From: Desulfatiglandales bacterium
GTDB lineage: Bacteria; Desulfobacterota; DSM-4660; Desulfatiglandales; Desulfatiglandaceae
NCBI GenBank assembly: GCA_963666345.1
Contig: OY762721.1
Location: forward strand, 1,472,001-1,536,000
DNA: 64,000 nt
Direction of reading: 5' to 3'
A program made the position numbers and the translations under genes. The notes under the pieces were generated by a model. It ran no database searches. It saw only the letters and a list, made by a program, of their open reading frames with translations, and was not told the DNA's origin. Of this stretch, positions 20,294 to 30,192 are shown in pieces; position 1 is the stretch's first letter; each line of letters begins with the position of its first letter.

Positions 20294-21754
20294 TCAAATA
20301 AGGCTTTTATAAAGGCTCATGTATCGCTTCGCGGACCTGGCCCATGAAAAGTCCTCACTCATGGCGTTTTCTTGAATCCCCTTCCACGCAGAAGGATCAT
20401 TGAAAAATTTCAGGGAATCTTTGACCGCCCTTAGAAACGCACCTGCCTCGTAAGGAATGAACTTAAAACCGTTGCCCTTTCCGGTCTTTCGATCAAACTG
20501 TTTTACCGTATCCTCAAGTCCGCCTGTCGCCCTTACGACCGGGATTGTACCGTATTTAAGGGCATACATCTGGGTCAGACCGCATGGCTCGTACCTTGAA
20601 GGCATAAGGAAGATATCCGCACCCCCCATTATCCGGTGGGCAAGTCCTTCGTCAAATCCGGTTTTGAGAACCAATCTGCCCTTGGATTTTTTTGCCGCCG
20701 CTTTAAGGGGCCCTACGATATCAGAACCGCCGGAACCCAGTATCAGCAGACTCAAATCCTGTTTTAGCAGATCATCCAATATCTTTAAAACAAGGTCGAT
20801 CCCCTTCTGGTTATCCAGGCGGGAAACCATGGCCAAAAGCGGTTTTTCAACAGATTTTCCGTTGATCTTTATTTCGTTCAGAAGCTCTCTTTTACAGACC
20901 ATTTTGCCGGCAAGGCTTTCAGGCCCATAGTTTGAAGGCAGATACCTGTCGGTTTCAGGATCCCAGTCCATGTAATCGACGCCGTTAAGGATACCATGAA
21001 GATCCCCCGCCCTTTTTTGCAGGATCCCCTCCATGCCCTTACCGTATTGGGGCGTCAGTATCTCTTTTGAATAGGTTGGACTTACCGTCGTAACGGCATC
21101 GGCAAACAGGATACCGGCCTTTAGAAGGCTTATCTTTCCCCAGTACTCCAGCGCCTCCATTGTAAAAAAACGATCTTTTTCAAGACCCGTTAAACTAAAT
21201 TTTTCAGCGGGAAAGATCCCCTGGTACCCCAGATTATGAATCGTAAACAGAACCGGAATCCGGGAAATCAAGGGCTTATCTGAAAAGGGGCCTATTCGCA
21301 AGGCAGGCACAAGACCTGTCTGCCAGTCGTGGCAGTGAAGGATATCCGGCGCCGGGATTAAGCCATCAATAAGTTGGAGGGCACAATGAGAAAAAAACGT
21401 GAATCGTTCCAGGTTATCGAAATAATCCTCTTCCTCGGTTCCGTAAAGGCCTCTCCTGTCGAAGAACTCTTCCCTGTCCAGAAAATAGGCATCTGGACCA
21501 TCCGTAGTGATATGTTTATAAACGGCAGCCGAAAGAGTGTCGCTTCCAAGAGGAACGTGAACCCGCCCGGGCATGCGAACAAGAGGAAAGCCCTTTTCCT
21601 TAACAGTACGGTAGAGGGGAAGAATGATGGACACCTCCACCCCGAGTTTTTTCAAAGCAGCGGGAAGTGCGCCAGAGACATCCGCAAGACCTCCCGATTT
21701 CGCGAAGGGAACGGCCTCTGAAGATATAAATACGATCCTTTTGATCCGTTTCAT
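20294..21754 (-). CDS. glgA: glycogen synthase
   Basis: KSGGLADV, HCHDWQTG, TIHNLGYQG, PSRYEPCGLTQMYA. Confidence 0.96.
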   Translation of the reverse strand: MKRIKRIVFISSEAVPFAKSGGLADVSGALPAALKKLGVEVSIILPLYRTVKEKGFPLVRMPGRVHVPLGSDTLSAAVYKHITTDGPDAYFLDREEFFDRRGLYGTEEEDYFDNLERFTFFSHCALQLIDGLIPAPDILHCHDWQTGLVPALRIGPFSDKPLISRIPVLFTIHNLGYQGIFPAEKFSLTGLEKDRFFTMEALEYWGKISLLKAGILFADAVTTVSPTYSKEILTPQYGKGMEGILQKRAGDLHGILNGVDYMDWDPETDRYLPSNYGPESLAGKMVCKRELLNEIKINGKSVEKPLLAMVSRLDNQKGIDLVLKILDDLLKQDLSLLILGSGGSDIVGPLKAAAKKSKGRLVLKTGFDEGLAHRIMGGADIFLMPSRYEPCGLTQMYALKYGTIPVVRATGGLEDTVKQFDRKTGKGNGFKFIPYEAGAFLRAVKDSLKFFNDPSAWKGIQENAMSEDFSWARSAKRYMSLYKSLI

Positions 21755-21809
21755 TTCAAATTATTACTTTCAGGCTCTGCCTTTTTCGGCGAGCATTATT
21801 AGTCAGTTC

Positions 21810-21837
21810 CCATCCGGAAATTGTCAACTTCCGGATG
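21810..21837. repeat. palindrome (C)CATCCGGAA-N9-TTCCGGATG, REP-like, related to 9000-9026
   Basis: 9-bp perfect stem seen directly between the GH57 gene end and the glgA start. Confidence 0.55.
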
Positions 21838-21875
21838 CTGCTGATTTTTTCCCTGGTAATCTCAGGGCATTTCAT

Positions 21876-23974
21876 TTACTGCGGCCGAAGTTCCACGAAC
21901 TTGACCGAGATCATGAACTCCTTTTTTACTCCTTCAGGCCGGACACGGCCGGGCATGAATAAAAGGCTCGAGCCCTGGTAGGTTGATTCCAGACCCTCCT
22001 CTGTCTTGGATACGGTCAATACAGGGAAAAACATCAATTTGACGGGCTCGGAAAGGGAAAACAGGGCCTTGAATTCATCATGTTCGTTTACCAGTTCCAG
22101 TGATGTGACACCTTCCTCCTGTCCTGATTCTGAAAGCATCCTCTTTTTCCCTTTTTCCGGGAGATAATAGTAGCGTTTTTCATCCCTGTCCGAGTAAAGG
22201 TTCAAATTGCATTCGCAGCCGAACCGGCATGATTCGTTTAAGGGGGCCTCAGGAATAATTTCATAGCTTACCCTCAGCTCTCCTTCGGCACCGAGCGCTA
22301 TTGCCTTTTTGACATGGACACTCGTCCCTGTAACACTGCCCGTGCGTGCAAGCTCAATCTTCAAGGTCTCCTCACTGTGGGATGTCTCTATAAGACCGTA
22401 ACTCCCGGATGCAAAATCCCCCTGCTCTTCATAAAAATCCCTTTCATAGTCCGCGATGGAACAGCCTCATCCATAAAATGATCCATGAATGACGCCCTGA
22501 CATATCTGTCCTCTATTACCAGTTTGTAAAGACCTTCATCCCTCCTGTTCTCTACATCGTGTATAGAGAGGATTTCATTGTGTGGAGAGCCCTTACCACC
22601 ATCTCCTCCTTCCTGGAATGACTTACCGTGGTAGGCCTCTATGCGCCTGGTGAGGGTATCCTGAAGATTCAAGGCCCTTGGGAGGTATGATAATTCGAAA
22701 ATCGAGCCCCCCCTGTGTGGACAGATACCCAGGCTCACGTCAGAGGCAAACATCAGGATTTCATCCCTGCCGTCTTTGTCAAGGTCGAGTTTCTTTAATA
22801 AGACCTTTTTCCCTTCCGCTTCAAACCATATTTTCTGGGCCTTCAGGAGATTTTCATAGATCGCGCTTCGAAGGTGCCCCAGGTACAGGCCGCCGAACAC
22901 ACCGTGCCAGTAAGCGCAGTTGCACTGAGCGCGCAGGATAAACCTTTTTGCCTCAGGCATCTGACCCGCCCTTTCACTGAGAAAAAGCATTTTTTTGTGC
23001 ATCCGGTTTGATTCTTCGTATTTTACAAGAAAATTATCCCAGACGCCCCCGCGCACGTAAGGCCGCCACTGCTCCCACTGACCGCTGTTCTTGAGAGATT
23101 CAATGATCTCCGCAAGGGACTTGCCCCTGGAAGAAGAAAGCGCCCATTCAGTCATTTCTTCGTAAGAGGCCTGGGGAAGATAAAGGCGGCCAAGGGGAGG
23201 ATTTTCATTCACATAGATCCCGGGCAGTACGGTGTTCAACCACTCCTTATTAGCCTCAAGCGCGGCAAAAAAACGTTCGAGCCAGCCCTTTTTGATGACC
23301 CAGTCATGGGTCCCGGGCCACATGCCGAATTTTTCCCCATCATCACCGTAAACCGCAGTCGTATAACCCTGATCCATCATTTCTCTCAAATGCCCTATGA
23401 CCTCCTCCACCGGCTTGAAAGGAATCAGGTAACGCATGATAATCGGGGTTGCAAATAGTTTCAGGGTGTGTCCTTCCTTTTCCGTTATATAGGGGCCGTA
23501 AATCTGGTCTGCCTCCAGGCCTGCGTAAAAAAAATGGGTGTCGTCCACCACCGTATAGTCGAGGCCCAGCCCCTTTGTGATAAGAGGAATACATGGGTCC
23601 CATACCCTCTCGGTCAACCAGAATCCCTTAGGCCTGAAACCGTATCGCCTCTCAAGGTGTTCATTCATCATTTGAACCTGCTCCCTGGCGTCCCTTGCTG
23701 GGATATTTGCCAGAAGCGGCTCATAGAACCCCCCGCTCAGAGGCTCAACCTGACCACGCTCGATAAGAGATGCAAAGATTTCAAGGGTTTCAGGCTCATG
23801 GATCTCAAGCCATTCAAGCAGTGGACCGGAAAAATGTATACCCATCCTGATTAAAGGATGGGCCTCAATATGTTCAAGAATTGGCCTGTAGCACTTTTCA
23901 TTGCCCTTTTTGAAGACTTCATCAAAGTTTCCCACAGGCTGATGACAGTGCAGGACCAGAACAAGATTGATCAT
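21876..23974 (-). pseudogene. GH57 alpha-amylase/4-alpha-glucanotransferase split by a one-base frameshift near 22460 (true lesion or sequence error)
   Basis: ORF 22388-23974 has HCHQPVGNF, GGFYEP, GFWLTERVW, GDDGEKFG, QCNCAYWHGVFGGLY; shifting frame at ...DEAV gives SIADYERDFYEEQGDFASG... running into ORF 21876-22364 (STYQGS); the joined protein would be about 699 aa. Confidence 0.85.
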
Positions 23975-24036
23975 TTACCATTCACCTCAAAAAAACATTC
24001 CGCATCCTGATGTGCAGTAGTATTATTCACAATACT

Positions 24037-25140
24037 TCAGGTCCTTTCCTTTTCTTTGCTCACGCAATATACCCCGTCCCCTCTGAAACCGGCACTCAGG
24101 CAAAGGTTGTCCGAATTGCACAAGGCCTTTCTCAGATCACCCGACCGCCACCGATTGATCAGGTCCGGCTCCCTTATAAAGGGCCTGCACATGGATATAT
24201 GGTCGGCACCTTCCTCCTGAACGAGGTGCTCCGCCACGTTAAAGGACCTGATGCCCCCAACCAGGATAACCGGGATGCCCAGCTCCTTTTTAAAGGCGGC
24301 CGCCTCTTCTTTGAAATATGCCTCTTTCCCCTCCGAATCTATCCCCGGCCTGCTGGGAGAAAGCCTCCCTCCGGTAACAAGGCCCCCGGTCAGTTCGACC
24401 CCGTCAAGGCCCTCTTTTTCAAGCATTAAGGCCGCCCTAAGGCTGTCATCCAGGGACAGACCGTTTTCCGCGAAATCCCCGCAGTTGATCTTTATCATGA
24501 CAGGGAATTTTTCCCCCACCTCTTTTCTCAAGGCACGCAGGATCTCGAGGTGTATCCTGACCCGGTTTTCTATGTCGCCTCCATACTCATCCCTTCGCCT
24601 GTTGTATATGGGGGAAAGGAACTGACTGAGCAGGTATCCGTGGCCGGAATGGATCTGGACCCCGTCAAAGCCTGCCGCCTTTGCCCTTCCGGCTGCCTCG
24701 GCAAACGCGGAGACAAGCCCCTTGATATCGGCCCCGGTTATCAACTTTTTGGGGGAATCCTCGAATCCTTTGAGATCGGATACGAAAAGAGGGATCTCCC
24801 CTGATAGCCTTATCGCGGCGAACAGCCCGGCGTGGGCCAGCTGCATGAAGATCCTCCCCCCCTTTTCATGAACCGCGTCGGTCATCTCCCTGAGACCGCC
24901 AACCAGTTCATCCCCGTATATGCCCAGCTGCCATGGTCCGGCCTGCCCCTGCCTGCTCACATAGCTGTGACCGCTTATAATCAATCCTACGCCGCCCCGG
25001 GCAAGAGAGATCATCACCTGTTTCAGCCTTTCCGTAACAGCCCCTTCCTCCGTTGCCATGCCCTCCCAGGTGGCCGATCTGACAAACCTGTTCCGCAAAT
25101 CCACTCCATTAATACCGGTCTTTTCAAAAAGTATGCTCAT
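24037..25140 (-). CDS. NADH:flavin oxidoreductase (Old Yellow Enzyme family) with C-terminal Cys motif
   Basis: NRFVRSAT, QLAHAG, GFDGVQIHSGHGYLLSQFLSP, YGGDIENR, CRPFIREP, CNSDNLC...VYC. Confidence 0.92.
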   Translation of the reverse strand: MSILFEKTGINGVDLRNRFVRSATWEGMATEEGAVTERLKQVMISLARGGVGLIISGHSYVSRQGQAGPWQLGIYGDELVGGLREMTDAVHEKGGRIFMQLAHAGLFAAIRLSGEIPLFVSDLKGFEDSPKKLITGADIKGLVSAFAEAAGRAKAAGFDGVQIHSGHGYLLSQFLSPIYNRRRDEYGGDIENRVRIHLEILRALRKEVGEKFPVMIKINCGDFAENGLSLDDSLRAALMLEKEGLDGVELTGGLVTGGRLSPSRPGIDSEGKEAYFKEEAAAFKKELGIPVILVGGIRSFNVAEHLVQEEGADHISMCRPFIREPDLINRWRSGDLRKALCNSDNLCLSAGFRGDGVYCVSKEKERT

Positions 25141-25174
25141 TTACTCCTCTTTCCGTCCAAAACGTTTCTGTTTA

Positions 25175-25591
25175 TCATATCAAAACAACCAGTCCGTCTT
25201 TTTTCTCTATTACATCGTATATCTCAAGCGGCCCTTTTACAGGCCCGTAAACCGGCTCACCCCTGTAATCATATGTTGACATGCCGATACTGCAGCACTG
25301 AACCGTTTCCGTCCCCGGAACCGGATCAAGCCTCCTTCCCATGTGCCTGCACCTGTTTTTGAAGGCATGGAACCTGCCGTCGTCTCCTTTGAGCACAAGG
25401 ACACGGTCTGCAAGGCCCCCGCCCTCCAGGCGCAGGGCCCCGCCTGATCTGCTCAGTTCAGGAGCCAGTGAAAAATCAATCTCTATCTTGCCATCCTTGA
25501 CGGACCAGCACCGGTCATTAATCGGGGTCCCTGTGGCGGGAATGCCGAATACCCGCTTAAAAAATCCACGCTTCAGGGTCTTTGGCTTCAT
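25175..25591 (-). CDS. Rieske-like [2Fe-2S] domain protein with a non-canonical second ligand box
   Basis: NRCRHMG first box; QCCSIGMSTYD in place of CxxHGxxF; GP.KGPL tail. Confidence 0.7.
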   Translation of the reverse strand: MKPKTLKRGFFKRVFGIPATGTPINDRCWSVKDGKIEIDFSLAPELSRSGGALRLEGGGLADRVLVLKGDDGRFHAFKNRCRHMGRRLDPVPGTETVQCCSIGMSTYDYRGEPVYGPVKGPLEIYDVIEKKDGLVVLI

Positions 25592-25935
25592 GCGTCAAGT
25601 TCCTCCTTGAGCCATTGTCTCAGATCGCCATCCAGGGCATAGAGGCCCTTTAATTCGCAAACGGGTCTTTCAAATCTTTCCGGCATTTCAAAGCGCGCAA
25701 GTTCCAGCGCCTCATAAGAATTTCTCTTTATAAGGTAGATATAAAACGGCCTTGACCAGCAGTTGACGACGAAATAAACGGTGAATTCATCCCCCGAGCG
25801 GATCATCAGCTTGTCTCTTCTTGACCAGTTGTTCCCCCACTCAAGGTAGAGACGAACCGCCTCTTCAGGTGTCATTTCCCAGTTGATGGAATTTATCAGA
25901 TCCCTGTCTTTCTTTAATTCTTCAAGGCCAAGCAT
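25588..25935 (-). CDS. DVU0772-family protein
   Basis: INWEMTPEEAVRLYLEWGNNW, YFVVNCW; ATGA overlap with the downstream Rieske gene. Confidence 0.75.
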   Translation of the reverse strand: MLGLEELKKDRDLINSINWEMTPEEAVRLYLEWGNNWSRRDKLMIRSGDEFTVYFVVNCWSRPFYIYLIKRNSYEALELARFEMPERFERPVCELKGLYALDGDLRQWLKEELDA

Positions 25936-26100
25936 AAGGCACCTCCTTCGTTCTTGAATCCCTCAGAAATTTCTTACCTGAAGCGATATGCAGACGCATA
26001 TTTTAACATATACCCTTTGATCACTCCATAAAATCCTTGACGCAAAGGATCAAGACCTTTCCCGCTCCATCCCGGATACGGCATTGAAAATCACGGAAAA

Positions 26101-26114
26101 GTTAATATATTAAC
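26101..26114. promoter_or_regulatory. perfect palindrome GTTAATATATTAAC in AT-rich divergent promoter region
   Basis: Seen directly; regulator unknown. Confidence 0.3.
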
Positions 26115-26191
26115 ATTTATAAATTTGCCACAAAAGCTCAGTCTATTATAACTATTTGAACTTATTGTAATTTATTGCCTATTTAATAAAC

Positions 26192-26233
26192 TTGACAGAG
26201 GTATTCATGAGTGGTATCAGAAAATGTCTGATA
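26192..26233 (+). promoter_or_regulatory. sigma70-like promoter (TTGACA-N17-TATCAG) overlapped by inverted repeat TATCAGA-N5-TCTGATA, a likely FadR/GntR autoregulatory operator
   Basis: Perfect -35; palindrome 26215-26233 overlaps the -10, about 30 bp upstream of the GntR start. Confidence 0.55.
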
Positions 26234-26261
26234 TTTTATTCCATTTTACAGGAGCGCGCCC

Positions 26262-26981
26262 TTGAGCCTGCATGAAGATGTAGTCAGAAGGATCAAAAGA
26301 GATATCATTACAGGTATTTATCAGAAAGGAGACTACCTCCCGAGTGAATCCGACATAGCCGAATCCATGGGCGTAAGCAGGAGCGTCGTTCGCGAGGCGG
26401 CCAGGGTTTTAAGGGCCCAGGGTTACATCGACGCCAGAAGAGGGCGAAAGGGAGGGCTTGAGGTAATAAACGAGATGCCGACAGCCCTGCTTGATCAGCT
26501 TCTTGAATTTCTTCTCATGGGTGAGGTTTCACTCAGGCAGGCCTTTGATCTGAGGCTTCTCCTTGAGTTGGAGGCCTGCAGAAAGATTGCTACCGCCTCC
26601 AGGCCTGCGGACATAGAGAAGCTTCGCGAACTTAACGACAAGCTGCTTTCCACCCGGGACAACGAAGAAAGACTTTCGATAAATGTTGAGTTTCACGCCT
26701 CTCTGGGGGATCTAGGGGGAAACAGGATGATGGCGATCATCCTGAGGCTCATTCTGGAATTCACCAACCGCGCGGCTCGGCTGGCAAAGGGAGAAGATTT
26801 CCCTCTCAACTCGGATCATGTTGATCAGGAACATGTACCGATCGTTGAGGCGATTGAACAGGGGGATACTGAAAAGGCGTGCCGGCTTCTTGAAAGGCAC
26901 ATGAAGGCGGCATGTGAAAGGCTCGAGGAAGCTGAAAAGAAGTTCCTGGGCCGCATATACAGACAGACCATGTTTGGATGA
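26262..26981 (+). CDS. FadR/GntR-family transcriptional regulator (FCD domain)
   Basis: LPSESDIAESMGVSRSVVREA wHTH; FH...GN...EH..IVEAI..GD...A...H FCD motif; TTG start after AGGAG. Confidence 0.93.
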   Translation: MSLHEDVVRRIKRDIITGIYQKGDYLPSESDIAESMGVSRSVVREAARVLRAQGYIDARRGRKGGLEVINEMPTALLDQLLEFLLMGEVSLRQAFDLRLLLELEACRKIATASRPADIEKLRELNDKLLSTRDNEERLSINVEFHASLGDLGGNRMMAIILRLILEFTNRAARLAKGEDFPLNSDHVDQEHVPIVEAIEQGDTEKACRLLERHMKAACERLEEAEKKFLGRIYRQTMFG

Positions 26982-27095
26982 CGGGCAACTATCTGGTTGT
27001 CATTTACAAACCATTATTTGAAAATAGAATTTTAACGCCTACAGCAGTGGGAATTATCTCAACTGATTTTATTTAAGACAGGAGGATTTAAGATT

Positions 27096-28307
27096 ATGGC
27101 ATGGCCCTATAAGTATGAAACAGGAGTTGCACACTATGACAGGGAAAAGGCATATGAAGGATATACGCTCATCACCCCTTTTCCCTCCCGTTCGGCCGTT
27201 GAACCGTACGAGGTCGCAAGCGAGGTAAATCTGCTGGATATGAACGGCAAGGTTGTTCATACATGGAAGACGCCTTACCCCGCCTGGTATGCCAGGCTGA
27301 TGCCTGACGGACACCTGATGGTCACACAGAGATTCGCAAAAGCTACCCCCAACAGACCCGGTTACGCCCCCTATCATATGGGCGGGGCGACAGGCATGCT
27401 CATGGAACTGGACTGGGACGGCAATATACTGTTCCAGCACTTTGATCCCAACATGCACCATGACTTCAGAAGGCTCGATAACGGCAACTACATCTATGTG
27501 GGCTGGGAACCGGTCCCAACGGATCTGGCCAAAAAGGTCAGGGGCGGACAGAAGGGCACCGAGCACACGGACGGCACCATGTTCGGCGACTATTTCAGGG
27601 AGATAAATTCCTCGGGCCAGACCGTGTGGGAATGGCACGGGATAGAGCATTTCGACCCTGATATAGACATCATCGGTGCCATACACCCGAGAGAAGAATG
27701 GACCCACATTAATGACGTGGATGTCATGGATGACGGAAACATATTCTCAGACTCCAGGCACACGGACGGCGCCTTTATCATCGACCGCACGAGCGGGGAC
27801 ATCATCTGGAGATGGGGAAACGTGGCCTATCTGGACCCTGAAACAGGAAGCGTTGAGCACAAGGATGTGCGTGATCCCAAGACCATGGGAGGGCCCCATG
27901 ACGGGCACATCATCGCCAGGGGTCTTCCCGGCGAAGGCAATATGCTCATCTACGACAACGCCATGTACACCTATTACTCGAGGGCGCTCGAGGTGGATAT
28001 AAAGACAGGTGATGTGGTGTGGGACAGCGAAGAGGACTACGGCCTTGAAGGCTATGTCCACGGCCGGGTCCACTTTTCACCTTTCATCAGCGGCTCCCAG
28101 AGGATGCCCAATGGAAACACCGTGGTCTGCTCGGGAGGAAACGGCGTGGTATTTGAGGTAACAAAGGAAAAGGAGATCGTCTGGCACTGGGTAAGAGAAA
28201 CCCCCAATATGGAATCCGAGGTTCACTGGGGTGTGTTCCGGGCCCATCGCTACGGTCCCGAATACTGTCCGCAGTTCGCGAACCTGCCGCCTGCAGCCGG
28301 CGAATAA
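27096..28307 (+). CDS. aryl-sulfate sulfotransferase (ASST)-like beta-propeller protein, no signal peptide
   Basis: ELDWDGN, MHHDF, WTHIND, DSRH, GPHD, QRMPNGNT, VFRAHRY; AGGAGG RBS. Confidence 0.8.
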   Translation: MAWPYKYETGVAHYDREKAYEGYTLITPFPSRSAVEPYEVASEVNLLDMNGKVVHTWKTPYPAWYARLMPDGHLMVTQRFAKATPNRPGYAPYHMGGATGMLMELDWDGNILFQHFDPNMHHDFRRLDNGNYIYVGWEPVPTDLAKKVRGGQKGTEHTDGTMFGDYFREINSSGQTVWEWHGIEHFDPDIDIIGAIHPREEWTHINDVDVMDDGNIFSDSRHTDGAFIIDRTSGDIIWRWGNVAYLDPETGSVEHKDVRDPKTMGGPHDGHIIARGLPGEGNMLIYDNAMYTYYSRALEVDIKTGDVVWDSEEDYGLEGYVHGRVHFSPFISGSQRMPNGNTVVCSGGNGVVFEVTKEKEIVWHWVRETPNMESEVHWGVFRAHRYGPEYCPQFANLPPAAGE

Positions 28308-28324
28308 GATTTCGTTTATTCATC

Positions 28325-28355
28325 AGGGACGCCCTTTCGGGGGCGTCCCTTTTTT
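28325..28355 (+). terminator. rho-independent terminator of the ASST-like gene
   Basis: AGGGACGCCC-TTTCGG-GGGCGTCCCT followed by a T run. Confidence 0.85.
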
Positions 28356-28435
28356 AATCCGCCCGGTAACGATCAATACGCCTGAAACCAACGAATCCCT
28401 GGGCCCTTTTTTCGATACCTTTCTGTTTGACCAAA

Positions 28436-28927
28436 TTAGAACATCTCCCTTATGTAAAAGAAAAGCATTATACCGCTCAGGCCCATCTTTATTCCAATGG
28501 CAAACAGGTTCCCCACAAAGACGCCCATACCCGCCTTAAGGGCCGAATCCCTATCCTTTCCGGCAAAAAGTTCTCCCGCCACCGCCCCTGCAAAGCCGCC
28601 GATAAAAAGGCCGAACGGGGGAAAGAAGATCACCCCCGCAATCATCCCGAGGATCGAGGCCCATACACCCCACCTGGACGCCCCGTATCTCTTTGCGCTC
28701 AGGGCGGGCATAAAGTAATCCATGACAAAGACAACGGCCGTGACCGCGCCCATGAAAATCAGAAACCGTGTGCCGAACGGTTCCCAATTTTTGGCATAAG
28801 AAAGTAGAAGGAGGGCGAAATAACCGAGAGGAGGTCCCGGTATTACCGGAAAGACGCAGCCCAGAAGCCCCAGAAGGGCAAGAACAAGACCGGCGATAAT
28901 AAGTGTGACGGCTACGGCTGCTTCCAT
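28436..28927 (-). CDS. DUF456-family membrane protein
   Basis: Likely start MEAAVAV (ATG 28927); P.IPGPPL, KRYGASRWG, G.F.GAV.GE. Confidence 0.85.
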   Translation of the reverse strand: MEAAVAVTLIIAGLVLALLGLLGCVFPVIPGPPLGYFALLLLSYAKNWEPFGTRFLIFMGAVTAVVFVMDYFMPALSAKRYGASRWGVWASILGMIAGVIFFPPFGLFIGGFAGAVAGELFAGKDRDSALKAGMGVFVGNLFAIGIKMGLSGIMLFFYIREMF

Positions 28928-28992
28928 AAAATCCCCGTTAAATGTCTCTGCCGAATCCTCTTTTTCGGAACGTTGAGCCCGACGCCGTCTTC

Positions 28993-30192
28993 TCAGATTC
29001 CCAGCCTTTCCCACTTGAGAAGATATGCGACCGCAACACCCGCGATAAAGCCATAGGCAAGGTTTGAGGCAAGGGTAATTCCCAGGATAAGGAGGGCCAC
29101 AAACATATCCCTTCTCTCCTTTATATCCATTATCGTAAGAGAAAGCTGGCCGCCGGAAAAAACGAGCAGTATCCCAAGCACCGACATGGGCAGCAGCTTC
29201 AGGACGGCAAGGGAGCCGCTCCCCAGAAAAATTGCCAGTACCAGAAAAACGGTCCCTATCATGAGGTTTGACCCGGCAGTTCTGGCGCCGAAACGGTAGT
29301 GGGCCGCCAGACCTCCCGCCCCGTGGCACAGAGGCATACCACCCAGGAAAAAGCTTCCCAGATTGGCAAGGGCCATGCTTATGGTCGTTGACTTATAGGT
29401 TACCCGCTGCGCCCCCTCTTTAAAATATTCATGAGAAAGATCCACGTTGGCGACCACCGCGTTTCCCAGGGTCATCGGTATCTGCGGAAGGGCCAGTGCG
29501 AAAAAGGCGAACATGAAATCCGCCCTTCCCGGAAAGCCGAAAGGCAGAAGACTCGGAACATATAATCCCACCCCGATGTCCTGAATGCCCGTATTTCTGC
29601 CAAGCAGGAGACCAAGGGCAACTCCGCCCGACACGATAATGAGCCCGCCGGGAAGTTTCCTGTTATCAAGCAGCAGAAGGGTCAGGATTCCTCCCGCAAC
29701 TCCTATCAATATTCCAACCGGTATGGGACCCAGATTCTGGATACCCAGATATGGTTCCGCCAACCGGCTCAACTCCTGGAACCTGGAAGTGCCGGTCATC
29801 AACTTGACACCCCCAGCCATAAGAAGTGTGCCGGTGGAAAGCTGTACTCCCCGAATCACGGCACCCGGCGTGTATTTCCCGATGAACGTCATTGCCCCGC
29901 TTACGCCTATAATGAGAAGGATACATGCCATTAAAAGGCCTGATGCGCTTATCTGTGAGGCGGTCATGCCTGTCGCGATCGCGTAGGCCCCTATCACCTT
30001 CATCGGCTGGACAGGGGTGGTTACCCTGAAATAGGCACCCGAAATGATATAAAAAAGACCGATCGACAGGAACATGCCGAGCGGGTTAAGCCCGTTTATC
30101 AGTACCATGCCGATCGCCATGGGAAGAAGTGTCCCCAGGTCTCCCAGGGAGCCGGCAAGCTCAAGGCGATTAAATCTGTATGCATTATCCAT
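28993..30192 (-). CDS. putative molybdate/sulfate transporter (MOT1 family)
   Basis: ELAGSLGDLGT, PVQPMK, PQIPMTLGNA, PLCHGAGGLAAHYRFGART. Confidence 0.88.
   Translation of the reverse strand: MDNAYRFNRLELAGSLGDLGTLLPMAIGMVLINGLNPLGMFLSIGLFYIISGAYFRVTTPVQPMKVIGAYAIATGMTASQISASGLLMACILLIIGVSGAMTFIGKYTPGAVIRGVQLSTGTLLMAGGVKLMTGTSRFQELSRLAEPYLGIQNLGPIPVGILIGVAGGILTLLLLDNRKLPGGLIIVSGGVALGLLLGRNTGIQDIGVGLYVPSLLPFGFPGRADFMFAFFALALPQIPMTLGNAVVANVDLSHEYFKEGAQRVTYKSTTISMALANLGSFFLGGMPLCHGAGGLAAHYRFGARTAGSNLMIGTVFLVLAIFLGSGSLAVLKLLPMSVLGILLVFSGGQLSLTIMDIKERRDMFVALLILGITLASNLAYGFIAGVAVAYLLKWERLGI

Noticed and set aside
22440..22480. Programmed ribosomal frameshift in the GH57 gene
   Set aside because: No X XXY YYZ slippery site seen at the junction; a one-base deletion is simpler
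28928..29329. N-terminal extension of the 297-aa ORF
   Set aside because: Overlaps the MOT1 gene in another frame; the DUF456 protein begins at 28927
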